64,000 bases of DNA from an uncultured Solirubrobacterales bacterium. Its GTDB lineage: Bacteria > Actinomycetota > Thermoleophilia > Solirubrobacterales > 70-9. A program made the position numbers and the translations under genes. Positions 10,526 through 23,453 of the stretch are shown one piece after another. The stretch lies in contig CAVZEV010000003.1 in assembly GCA_963774405.1 (NCBI GenBank), forward strand, positions 6,386 through 70,385. The letters run 5' to 3'. Each line of letters opens with the position of its first letter. The first letter of the stretch is position 1. The notes under the pieces are model-generated. The model was given only the letters and a program-made list of their open reading frames with translations. It ran no database searches and had not been told where the DNA came from.

Positions 10526-11065
10526 TCAGCCGCGCCTCAGGCCCGCGGCGATCACGGCGAAGAAGCGGGTCGGCTCCTCGCCTTCGTTCTCGAAATGGTG
10601 CGGCAAGTCGGCATCGAAGGTGACGCTGTCGCCCTCGCTCAACTCATGGCGGGTGCCGTCGACGACCAGCACCAGCGTGCCGGCAAGGACGACCGCGGTC
10701 TCGCGGCTGCCGGGCTCGTGCATCGGCGGGTCGTCGCGGCCGCCGGTCGTCGCGCCGGCCTCCAGCGTGTGCAGCGAGACATCGGCGCGCTGACCCGGCA
10801 GCGGCGGGGTCAGCTCCTCGAAGCGGTGGCCGCCGCGCTCCAACGTGCGCCGCTCGCCGGCGCGGCTGACCGCGACGTGCTCGCCCTCGTCGAGGCGCAG
10901 CAGCTGCGACAGCGTCAGCTCCAGCCCGGCGGCGATCTTCGCCGCCACGGCCAGGGTCGGGCTGGTCTCGCCGCGCTCGACCTGCGAGAGCATCGGCGCG
11001 CTGACCCCGGAGCGCTCGCCCAGGTCACGCAGCGAGAATCCCATCGCCTCGCGCAGCGCCCGCAC
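10526..11065 (-). CDS. XRE-family HTH plus cupin-domain transcriptional regulator
   Basis: 179 aa: [27 protein letters not shown]... plus a C-terminal cupin ([18 protein letters not shown]). Its stop is followed by GAGGAGG and the leuC ATG. The HTH helix 1 (IGDRV) extends just upstream of the GTG start. Confidence 0.8.
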   Translation of the reverse strand: MRALREAMGFSLRDLGERSGVSAPMLSQVERGETSPTLAVAAKIAAGLELTLSQLLRLDEGEHVAVSRAGERRTLERGGHRFEELTPPLPGQRADVSLHTLEAGATTGGRDDPPMHEPGSRETAVVLAGTLVLVVDGTRHELSEGDSVTFDADLPHHFENEGEEPTRFFAVIAAGLRRG

Positions 11066-11133
11066 GCGGTCGCCGATCGCGGAGGTCTCCGCGACGGCGG
11101 GCGAAGCGGTGCGCTTGTCGGTCGCTGTGGCGA

Positions 11134-11613
11134 TTGGCGTACGCTATCACATACGTTTGTATATCCGCCGATGTCCTCGCCATCATCGGGGAGGTGAGCG
11201 AGGAGTCGCAGCCGCTGGAGGCCCTGGCGACCGTCCTGCGCGGCAGCGCGGTCCCCTACGGCTACACGCTCACCGTGCTCTCCAGCCACAGCATCGTCTC
11301 CCACAGCCACGGACCGCCCGACACCGTCGACATCCTCCTCTTCGTCGTCGGGGCGATCGCCGCCTTCTCGGTGCTGGCGCTGCTCTCCCAGCGCTTCTCG
11401 CCCCGCCCGCTGCCGACCAAGCGGGGCGACATGATCCGAGCCGGCACGATGCAGGTCTTCGCGATCGGCGCCGCCTTCGGCGCCACCGTCCTGATCGGCC
11501 TGATCCCCGGCGTCGCCGCCTGGCCCCTCGCCGCCTTCATCGCGACGGCCCTCTACCTCTCAATAGCAAGCCTTGAGATCGAGGTCGCCCACCGCATGGA
11601 CGACCGAGCGTGA
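11134..11613 (+). CDS. hypothetical membrane protein (start uncertain)
   Basis: The ORF has about 3 hydrophobic helices (ILLFVVGAIAAFSVLALL, MQVFAIGAAFGATVLIGLIPGV, WPLAAFIATALYLSIASL). The TTG at 11134 is only the first possible start. The stop TGA lies inside a 21-bp inverted repeat. Confidence 0.4.
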   Translation: MAYAITYVCISADVLAIIGEVSEESQPLEALATVLRGSAVPYGYTLTVLSSHSIVSHSHGPPDTVDILLFVVGAIAAFSVLALLSQRFSPRPLPTKRGDMIRAGTMQVFAIGAAFGATVLIGLIPGVAAWPLAAFIATALYLSIASLEIEVAHRMDDRA

Positions 11614-13095
11614 GCCGATCCCGGCAGGGGTGGAGCGTCTTGCACTTTTTCGGCAATTCCTTGCGGCGCCAGCCCCAGCGTCTCCACCGAAAAAGTTGGG
11701 TCTTGCAAAACAAGCGGGGATGAGACCCGGATAGAAGACATCCGCTGCCCTCAGAAGGCTCTGCGTGGTTCTAAAACGCGGAGTCAAGGAGGAACAGCGG
11801 ATGCAAGATCAAGTTAGCCGTCTCGTCGGCTTGGACGGCTTCAGGGTGAGAGGCGTCATCGAGAGGGGCGACCAGCTCGACCTCGAGGTCGAGCTGGTCG
11901 CGCGAGCGGCATCGTGCCCCCACTGCTCAGGTGTGGAGCTGGAGGTCCACGAGCGGCCGGTGGTCACCCTCAGGGACCTGCCGCTGTGTGGCCGCCGGGC
12001 CACCCTGCGCTGGCGCAAGCGCCGCTACCGCTGCAAGGCATGCCGGCGCACCCACACCGAGAGCTGTGAGCAGGGCCGCCCGCGTCAGCGGCTCACATCC
12101 CGTTTCCGGGCCCGGCTGATCGAGCGGGCCGGCTCGGGCGGCGCCCACGCAGAGATTGCCCGCGAGGAGGGCGACCTCGCGCTACCAGGTCACCCGCGCG
12201 TTGAGGGTTGCCGCAAGGGAGGCGATCGGCTCCCGCCCGGCGCTGCCGCGACGGCTCTCCTTCGATGAGGCCGCCCACCGCAAGGGCTACGGCAACCTGG
12301 CCACGGTCGTCTCAGACCTCGATCGCCGCCGCGTGCACGAGGTGCTCGACGGGCGCTCAAGGGCAGTGGTGGAGCGCTACCTCGGCTCCCTGAGCGAGGC
12401 CGAGCGCGATGCCGTAGAGGTGGTCTGCATCGATCCCTATGACCCCTACCGAAATGCGGTGCGAGCAAAGCTCCCCCAAGCCAAGATCGTCGCCGACCCC
12501 TTCCACATCGTGCGCGGCGCCGGGGAGGCGCTTGACAGCGTACGGCGCATCCGCCAGCGCCGGCTGCGGGCAAAGGAGCAGGGTCGGAAGACCCTGCGCG
12601 CCACTTGGAACCCGCGCTTTTACCGCGCCCGCCATTTGCTCTTGCGCGGCAGGGAGCGACTCACCGAGTCCCAGCGCCGGCGCCTTTGCGAGCTCTTTGC
12701 CCACGATCCGGTGATCGCCGAGGCCTGGTGGCTGAAGGAGCTGCTGCGCTCGGTCTATGCCGCCACCGACCGTGCCCAGGCCACGCAGCGGCTCGACCGC
12801 TTCTTCGCCGCTGTGACTCGCAGCGGCCACCAGCCCTTTGAGGCATACGTCAATGGAATCGGGTCTTGGCGCGAGGAGATCCTCGCCTACTTCGATAAGC
12901 CTGCCTCAAACGGCTACGCGGAGGGAGTGATCAACAAGGTGAAGGTGATCAAGCGCCGCGCCTACGGCCTGCCGAGCTTTGAGAGCTTTCGGGAGCGGGT
13001 GCTCGTAGCATGTGGCTGAAGGGACCATGCTGTGCCTCCCCGCTTAATTTGCAAGAACCAAAAAGTTAAGCGAAACCCCTGCCGGGATCGGCTCA
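11611..13095 (+). mobile_element. ISL3-family insertion sequence (core about 11632..13074) sitting between a perfect 21-bp inverted repeat
   Basis: The transposase ORFs are flanked by TGAGCCGATCCCGGCAGGGGT (11611-11631) and its exact complement (13075-13095). The inner ends share imperfect GCGxCTTxACTTTTTxGG-type inverted repeats. No target duplication was found. Confidence 0.75.
11801..13019 (+). pseudogene. ISL3-family transposase, frameshifted near 12172-12178
   Basis: The ATG at 11801 follows AAGGAGG. The N-terminal zf-ISL3 part (CPHCSG...YRCKAC) is in ORF 11765..12268. The DDE part (RLSFDEAAHRKGYGNLATVVSDL...ADPFHIVR...NGYAEGVINKVKVIKRRAYG) is in ORF 12156..13019. Confidence 0.85.
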
Positions 13096-14679
13096 GGGCC
13101 CTGGGGTTCGTTCGACGGCGGCCTCGGCCGTGGCCGCCTCGGCCTCGCGGATCGCGGCGCCCTCCAGGGCGTTGGACAGCGCTCGCACGTAGGCGATCGC
13201 AGAGGCCTCCAGGATGTCGGTGGCGACGCCCTGGCCGGTCGCCAGGCGGCCGGCGGCGCGCAGCATCACCGTCACCTGGCCCAGGGCGTCCTCCCCCCCG
13301 GTCACGGCCTCGACCGTGTACTGGCGCAGCTCGCACTCGGTGTCGGCGGCCCTCTGGATCGCGCGGAAGATCGCGTCGACCGGGCCGTCGCCGCCGGACT
13401 CGCCGACCGACTCCTCGCCGGAGGGCATCTTGACCGCGACGCGGGCCAGCGGCTCGCGCCGCGAGCCGGCCTCGACCTCGAACCAGGCCAGCTCGTGCGA
13501 GTCGTCCTTCTCGCGCATCTCGTCGGAGACGATCGCCTCCAGGTCCAGCGCGGTCACCTGCTTCTTGCGGTCGGCGACCTCCTTGAAGCGCTTGAAGGCG
13601 GCGTTCAGGGCGTTGCCCTCGACCTTGAAGCCCAGCTGGTCCAGGGCGTCGCGCAGGGCGTGGCGGCCGGAGTGCTTGCCCAGCACGATCGAGTTCGACT
13701 CCAGGCCGACCTCGGTCGCGTCCATGATCTCGTAGGTGGTGCGCTCCTTCAGCACGCCGTCTTGGTGGATGCCGGACTCGTGGGCGAAGGCGTTGCGGCC
13801 GACGATCGCCTTGTTGGGCTGGATCGCGTAGCCGGTCAGGCGCGAGACCATGCGGCTGGTGCGGGCCAGCTCACGCGTATTGATTCCGGTGTTCAGGCCG
13901 TGCGCGTCCTCGCGCACCCGGATCAGCATCGCGATCTCCTCCAGCGAGCAGTTGCCGGCGCGCTCGCCGATGCCGTTGACGGCGCACTCGACCTGCCGCG
14001 CCCCCGCCAGCACGCCGGCGTAGGAGTTGGCGACGGCCAGGCCCAGGTCGTCGTGGCAGTGGACCGAGGTCTCGACCGCGTCCAGCCCCGGCACCAGCTC
14101 GTACAGGCGCCGCCAGTACTCGGCGTACTCCTCGGGCGTCGTGTAGCCGACCGTGTCGGGCACGTTGATCACGGTGGCGCCCTCGGCGACCGCGATCGCG
14201 CAGACCTCGGCGGTGAACTCGATGTCGGCGCGGGTCGCGTCCATCGGCGAGAACTCGACGTCCTCGCAGTAGGACTTGGCCAGGGCGACGGCCGCCTTGG
14301 CCTGACCCTTGACGTCCTCGCGGTCGGTCTGCAGCTGGTGCTCGATGTGAATGTCGGAGGTCGAGATGAAGGTGTGGATGCGCGGCCGGGCGGCGTCCCT
14401 GATCGCCCCCCAGGCGGCGTCGATGTCGGCCTTGTGGGTGCGGGCCAGGCCACAGATCGTCGGGCCCTCGACCCCGCGGGCGATCGCCTCGACCGCTTCG
14501 AAGTCGCCGGGCGAGGTGATCGGGAAGCCGGCCTCGATCACGTCGACCCCCAGCCGTGCCAGCTGCTGGGCGATCTCGACCTTCTCGGCCGTGTTCAGCG
14601 AGATTCCGGGCGACTGCTCGCCGTCGCGCAGTGTCGTGTCGAAGATGTGGACGCGGTTTGCGTCGTCTGCTGGTGCCAC
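13093..14679 (-). CDS. leuA: 2-isopropylmalate synthase
   Basis: 528 aa: ...RVHIFDTTLRDGEQSPGISLNTAEKVEIAQQLARLGVDVIEAGFPITSPGDFEAV... The GTG at 14679 follows GAAGGAGGAGG. Confidence 0.95.
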   Translation of the reverse strand: MAPADDANRVHIFDTTLRDGEQSPGISLNTAEKVEIAQQLARLGVDVIEAGFPITSPGDFEAVEAIARGVEGPTICGLARTHKADIDAAWGAIRDAARPRIHTFISTSDIHIEHQLQTDREDVKGQAKAAVALAKSYCEDVEFSPMDATRADIEFTAEVCAIAVAEGATVINVPDTVGYTTPEEYAEYWRRLYELVPGLDAVETSVHCHDDLGLAVANSYAGVLAGARQVECAVNGIGERAGNCSLEEIAMLIRVREDAHGLNTGINTRELARTSRMVSRLTGYAIQPNKAIVGRNAFAHESGIHQDGVLKERTTYEIMDATEVGLESNSIVLGKHSGRHALRDALDQLGFKVEGNALNAAFKRFKEVADRKKQVTALDLEAIVSDEMREKDDSHELAWFEVEAGSRREPLARVAVKMPSGEESVGESGGDGPVDAIFRAIQRAADTECELRQYTVEAVTGGEDALGQVTVMLRAAGRLATGQGVATDILEASAIAYVRALSNALEGAAIREAEAATAEAAVERTPGP

Positions 14680-14746
14680 TGGATCCTCCTCCTTCTCTGC
14701 TGCTTTCGAATGACCTTTTCTCTCGCGGCTATCGCGCCGCCCAGCG

Positions 14747-14806
14747 CTATTCCCCCCGCAGGGGGAGGAGAAGGAGAAGCGCGAGGCTGTCGGGCCGGGG
14801 CATCAT
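14747..14806 (-). promoter_or_regulatory. Leu-rich leader peptide ORF (MMPRPDSLALLLLLPLRGE) in the leuA 5' leader
   Basis: My reading of the minus strand: ATG ATG CCC CGG CCC GAC AGC CTC GCG CTT CTC CTT CTC CTC CCC CTG CGG GGG GAA TAG. There are 7 Leu codons within 9 positions, about 70 nt upstream of the leuA SD. Confidence 0.6.
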
Positions 14807-14898
14807 TCGGTCGCCCCAGCTTAGCGTAGGCTGGGCGCATCGCAAGCGAGGTTTCCCCCAGCACGATCCCCCGCTCGACCTGGTTCGCCCTCTTCGCG

Positions 14899-16248
14899 AT
14901 GGGGATCGCCGTGGTGGTGATCGCCAACGACTTCTCCGCCGTCAACGTCGCCCTGCCGACGATGGAGAAGGACTTCGGCACCAACATCAACACGATCCAG
15001 TGGGTGGTCAACGCCTACGCGCTGACCTTTGGCGTGATGATCGTCACCGGTGGCCGGCTCGCCGACATGTTCGGCCGCCGCAACGCCTTCTTCCTCGGCA
15101 GCGCGATCTTCGCCTCGATGTCGGCGCTCGGCGGCGCCGCGCAGACGGAGACCTGGCTGATCGTGACGCGGACGGTGATGGGCGTCGGGGGGGCGCTGAT
15201 GTGGCCGGCGATCCTCGGCATGACCTACGCCCTGCTGCCCGAAGACAAGGCCGGGCTGGCGGGCGGGATCATCATCGGCGCCGCCGGGCTCGGCAACGCG
15301 ATCGGGCCGTTGATCGGCGGGGTGCTGACCGACGCGCTGAGCTGGCGCTGGATCTTCTTCCTCAACGTGCCGGTCTCGATCTTCGCCGTGTTGGTCACCT
15401 ACCGGCTGGTCAAGGTCGCCGAGCCCGACCAGGGCGCGCAGCGGATCGACTACCCGGGGATCGCGGCGATCTCGGTCGGGCTGGTCTCGCTGCTGGTCGC
15501 CCTCGACCAGATCGACGACTGGGGAATCACTGACCCGCGCGTGCTCGGCATGTTCGCCCTGGCCGCGGTCCTGCTGGTCGCCTTCGTGCCGATCGAGCGC
15601 CGCGCCGGCGCCCACGCACTGGTGCCGCGCTCGGTGATGGCCAACGAGAGCTTCCGCGCCTCCTGCCTGGCGATCCTGCTGATGTCGGCGACCTTCTTCG
15701 CCGCCCTGCTCTACCTGCCGCAGTTCATGCAGCACCAGCTCGGCTACTCGCCGCTACAGGCCGGGGTGGGCCTGCTGCCCTTCCTCGCCGTCTTCGCCGG
15801 CGTCTCCTTCGTCGCCGGGCCGCTGTATGAGCGTCTGGGGGCGAAGCTGCTGGCGAGCGTCGGCGCGGGCTGCATCACGATCGCGCCCTTTGTCTTCTCA
15901 CTCGTCGCCTCGGGGTCGAGCTACGCCTCGCTGATCCCCGGCATGGTCGTGCTCGGGATCGGCATCGGCAGCTTCTACCCGACCGCGACCACCGCCGGGG
16001 TCACCTCGGTCGACGAATCGCAGACCAGCCTCGCCGGCGGCATCGTCTACATGTTTCAGATCGCCGGTGGCTCGATCGGCCTGGGCTTGACCACGACGGT
16101 CTTCTCCTCCCAGGCTTCCTTCGTCGACGGAATCGAGGCGGCCTTTCGCCTCGACGCGGCCCTCTCCCTGGTCGGCTTCCTGATCGCCCTCTTCTTCGTC
16201 GGCGGCCGCCTGCTCCAGCGGCGGCCGGTCGAGGGCGCCTCGGCCTGA
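14899..16248 (+). CDS. MFS transporter, DHA2 (EmrB/QacA-like) subfamily
   Basis: 449 aa: ...NDFSAVNVALPTMEKDFGTNINTIQWVVNAYALTFGVMIVTGGRLADMFGRRN.... TM1 homology (STWFALFA) continues upstream of the first ATG with no canonical start before the in-frame TAG, so the true start is unclear. Confidence 0.82.
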   Translation: MGIAVVVIANDFSAVNVALPTMEKDFGTNINTIQWVVNAYALTFGVMIVTGGRLADMFGRRNAFFLGSAIFASMSALGGAAQTETWLIVTRTVMGVGGALMWPAILGMTYALLPEDKAGLAGGIIIGAAGLGNAIGPLIGGVLTDALSWRWIFFLNVPVSIFAVLVTYRLVKVAEPDQGAQRIDYPGIAAISVGLVSLLVALDQIDDWGITDPRVLGMFALAAVLLVAFVPIERRAGAHALVPRSVMANESFRASCLAILLMSATFFAALLYLPQFMQHQLGYSPLQAGVGLLPFLAVFAGVSFVAGPLYERLGAKLLASVGAGCITIAPFVFSLVASGSSYASLIPGMVVLGIGIGSFYPTATTAGVTSVDESQTSLAGGIVYMFQIAGGSIGLGLTTTVFSSQASFVDGIEAAFRLDAALSLVGFLIALFFVGGRLLQRRPVEGASA

Positions 16249-16260
16249 GCTCGCGAGCCC

Positions 16261-16830
16261 TCAGGCGGAGGGCTTGACGAAGTTGTTGCGGATCAGCGTG
16301 TTGTGGCCGCTGCCACCGCGCATCACGTCGCTGCTGCCACCGCGCAGAACATCGTTGCCGGAGCCACCGAGGAGGATGTCGTTGCCAGGCCCGCCGACCA
16401 GCAGATCGCCGCCGCCGCGGCCGACGAGCTTGTCGTTGCCTTCGCCGCCGATCAGCTTGTCCGCGCCGCCGCCGCCGATCAGGACGTCATTGCCGGGACC
16501 ACCGCGCATCGTCGCCGGCACCTTGATCGCGCCGGAGATCGAGACGGTGTCGTCGCCTTCCCCGGCGTTGACTTCGAAGCCCGCCACGAGCGGGGCTTTG
16601 CAGACCAGCTCGGTCGAGACTCCGGGCGTGTTTTCGCAGACGTTGCCGCCGACTTCCAGCGGCACGACCGAGTCGATCACGTAGCTGCGACCGTCCGAGG
16701 AGAGCCAGATGTGGATCGAGTTCTGCGCCGCACCGCCGGCGAGGACGACCGTGTAGGTCGTTTCGGCATGGGCCAGCGGCGCGGTCTGCGCCGCGGCCAT
16801 GGCGAGCAGGATCAGGATCGCCTTCTTCAT
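16261..16830 (-). CDS. secreted protein with hemolysin-type (RTX) calcium-binding repeats
   Basis: It has a signal peptide (MKKAILILLAMAAAQTAPLAHA) and C-terminal GGxGxDxL nonapeptide repeats (GGPGNDVLIGGGGADKLIGGEGNDKLVGRGGGDLLVGGPGNDILLGGSGNDVL). Confidence 0.7.
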   Translation of the reverse strand: MKKAILILLAMAAAQTAPLAHAETTYTVVLAGGAAQNSIHIWLSSDGRSYVIDSVVPLEVGGNVCENTPGVSTELVCKAPLVAGFEVNAGEGDDTVSISGAIKVPATMRGGPGNDVLIGGGGADKLIGGEGNDKLVGRGGGDLLVGGPGNDILLGGSGNDVLRGGSSDVMRGGSGHNTLIRNNFVKPSA

Positions 16831-16856
16831 AGGAAAAGCACCCGCCGAGCCGGGTA

Positions 16857-17891
16857 CTAGTTAGGGAACAGCACAACCTTGCCGACGTTGCGGCGCTGGG
16901 CGATGAATTCATGCGCCTCGCCGGCCCGCTCGAAGGGGAAGGCCTCGGCGACGACCGGCTCCAGGCGGCCCGCCTCGAGATCCGCCATCAGCGGCTCGGT
17001 GACCCGGTCGAGACTGCCCTCGCGGTCCCACCAGGTGAGCATGTTGAGGCCGAAGACGCCCTTGTTCTCGTTCATCAGGGCCAGGCTCTTCCACCATGGA
17101 ATCGTCGCCAGCGGCATCTTCGCCAGGCTCTTCAGCGCCGCCGGGATGTCGCGACCGCCTTCCTTGGTCACCTCGGAGAGCCCGTACATGACCAGGCGCC
17201 CGCCGGAGCGCAGCAGCCGGTAGTCCTTGCGAAAGGAGGTCGGGCCGAGCGCGTCGATGACCAGGTCAACGCCCTCGCCACCACTGATCCGCATCGTCTC
17301 CGCGGCGAAGTCCTGGCTGCGGTAGTCGATCGCGTGGGTGACGCCCTGGGCGCGGATCGCGTCGTGCTTGGCGGGCGAGGCGGTGCCGAAGATCTCGGCC
17401 CCGACGTTGCGGGCGATCTGGGTGGCGGCGATGCCGACCCCGCCGGCGGCGGCGTGGATCAGCACGCGGTCGCCCTCGCGCAGGCTGCCCATGATGACCA
17501 GCGCCGCGTAGGCGGTGCCGTAGTTGACCGGGAAGGCGGCGCCCTGCTCGAAGCTGAGTCGCTCGGGCAGCGGCAGGACCTGGTCGGCGGGGACCGAGAT
17601 CAACTCGACCTGACCGCCGAAGCGGGTGCCGGCCATGACCCGATCGCCAACCGCGAAGTCGCTCACGCCCTCGCCGAGGCTCTCGACCTCGCCGGCGACC
17701 TCGTAGCCCATCACGCAGGGGGGCTTGGGCGCGTCCGGATAGAGGCCGACGCGCGCCATCGTGTCGGCGAAGTTGATGCCGGCGGCCTTGACCGCGATCC
17801 GCACCTCACCCGGGCCGACCGGCGGGTCGGGCCGTTCCTGCACCCGCAGCACCTCGGGCCCACCATTCCCCGTCTGGACGAGCGCCTTCAC
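16857..17891 (-). CDS. zinc-type alcohol dehydrogenase / quinone oxidoreductase (MDR superfamily)
   Basis: 344 aa: MKALVQTGNGGPEVLRVQERPDPPVGPGEVRIAVKAAGINFAD...AAAGGVGIAATQIA... Confidence 0.85.
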   Translation of the reverse strand: MKALVQTGNGGPEVLRVQERPDPPVGPGEVRIAVKAAGINFADTMARVGLYPDAPKPPCVMGYEVAGEVESLGEGVSDFAVGDRVMAGTRFGGQVELISVPADQVLPLPERLSFEQGAAFPVNYGTAYAALVIMGSLREGDRVLIHAAAGGVGIAATQIARNVGAEIFGTASPAKHDAIRAQGVTHAIDYRSQDFAAETMRISGGEGVDLVIDALGPTSFRKDYRLLRSGGRLVMYGLSEVTKEGGRDIPAALKSLAKMPLATIPWWKSLALMNENKGVFGLNMLTWWDREGSLDRVTEPLMADLEAGRLEPVVAEAFPFERAGEAHEFIAQRRNVGKVVLFPN

Positions 17892-17919
17892 CGAGCCAGC
17901 CTACTCGACAGCTTGTGAG

Positions 17920-21192
<3,273 letters not shown>

Positions 21193-21214
21193 GCGAGGGA
21201 CAGCGGGGCGCCAG

Positions 21215-22108
21215 ATGCCGCCAGATGAGAGCGGACCTCCCGAGCAGGGCAAGCTCGGTGAGCTGATCGCCGACTGCTTCGCCAGGCATGGATTCGCGGA
21301 GCGCGACTACGGCCCGCTGAGCACATACGCAGGCCTCGGCGACCAGTGGGTTTCGAAGACGATCAAGCGCAAAGCCTCCACGGCCCGGCGCGGCACGCTT
21401 CTGAAGATCGCCGCCGCCCTGGATCTCTCGCCGCAGGAGCGAGCCGAGATGGAGCAGGTCGCCGGCTTGCCGCGCAACAGCCTCAGGGCGACAAAAGCGG
21501 AGGAGGTTTGCGAAAGAGACGGAATCTCGATGCGGCGAGCGATCATCCTGCTCACCGCCCCGACCGATCCCCATCTCTCGCCGCTGCGCGTGAAAATGCC
21601 CGGGGTCGCCCTTCGCACCGGCGTGATCTTCGGCTGGCACGACGTGGTCACCCGGGTAACGACCCCGGACAACGCCACCGTTTTCGACTACGCCGAACGC
21701 CTGTTCAACGGCAAGAAGCTGCGCAGCATCGAGACGATTCCGATACGCGACGACCTGCCGACCTTCATCGACCGCGAGTTCGACGAAAGAGGACTGGAGG
21801 ACAGCGACGACTACTGGTGGGCCGTGATTTTCGTGCAGACGCTCGGGACCCCGACAAAACCGGAAATCCGCAACATCTTCCACCAGGTCTCACAGGGGAG
21901 TGAATTCAAAGGGGGAATCCACCTGCTGACGGCCGCCGTCGCGGTGGGACAGTTCGACACCGTTATCGAGGTGCTGGCGGGCAATTTGGGGCGTCTGCAG
22001 AAGTACGTGCGCGTCGCGCAGAGCCTCGCCAAGGAAGCCGGCTGGGACGTCCACACGGTCACCTACTTCTCACAGCATTGGCAGCGGGTTAGCGAAGGCT
22101 GCTTCTGA
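21215..22108 (+). CDS. putative regulator: XRE-like HTH followed by two Lrp/AsnC-type RAM-like domains
   Basis: ATG at 21215. The N-terminus resembles an HTH (...WVSKTIKRKASTARRGTLLKIAAALDLSPQERAEM). Two beta-alpha-beta-beta-alpha-beta-looking units follow (AIILLTAP...IETIPIRD and WWAVIFVQ...HTVTYFS). The local sequence is visibly less GC-rich. Confidence 0.6.
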   Translation: MPPDESGPPEQGKLGELIADCFARHGFAERDYGPLSTYAGLGDQWVSKTIKRKASTARRGTLLKIAAALDLSPQERAEMEQVAGLPRNSLRATKAEEVCERDGISMRRAIILLTAPTDPHLSPLRVKMPGVALRTGVIFGWHDVVTRVTTPDNATVFDYAERLFNGKKLRSIETIPIRDDLPTFIDREFDERGLEDSDDYWWAVIFVQTLGTPTKPEIRNIFHQVSQGSEFKGGIHLLTAAVAVGQFDTVIEVLAGNLGRLQKYVRVAQSLAKEAGWDVHTVTYFSQHWQRVSEGCF

Positions 22109-22217
22109 GCATTCGCCCAAAACCCGGGCATACCCCCGTTTAGACGCCAATCGCTTGCGCCCCCGCGCTCGAGCTTTCTAAATGCTCGAATCGGTTGACG
22201 CTCGAAAGGAGAAGCGC

Positions 22218-22397
22218 GTGAACATTGCTACCCATCCCGGCAAGCCCCCGCAAGCGGACCAAGGGGAGACGGCCGATGTCGGTCCCTTCGATGACCCGAT
22301 CCCGGCGGAGGGATCGGCCCCAAAGGACGGCGATCCGCCGCAGGCCCTCGATGTGGACCTGACCGAGGAGCAGCTGATGTGGCTCGGGCGGAGCTGA
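22218..22397 (+). CDS. small acidic hypothetical protein (59 aa)
   Basis: The GTG follows GAAAGGAGAAG. VNIATHPGKPPQADQGETADVGPFDDPIPAEGSAPKDGDPPQALDVDLTEEQLMWLGRS. The stop sits in a hairpin. Confidence 0.35.
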   Translation: MNIATHPGKPPQADQGETADVGPFDDPIPAEGSAPKDGDPPQALDVDLTEEQLMWLGRS

Positions 22398-22421
22398 CGG
22401 CGTGGCGCGTCCGTCGGCTCC
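22390..22421. terminator. 11-bp hairpin between convergent genes (small ORF and ilvC)
   Basis: GGAGCTGACGG-N10-CCGTCGGCTCC (one G-U pair). No clear U-tract. Confidence 0.35.
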
Positions 22422-22429
22422 GGCGGAGC

Positions 22430-23443
<1,014 letters not shown>

Positions 23444-23453
23444 GGCGAGCAGG

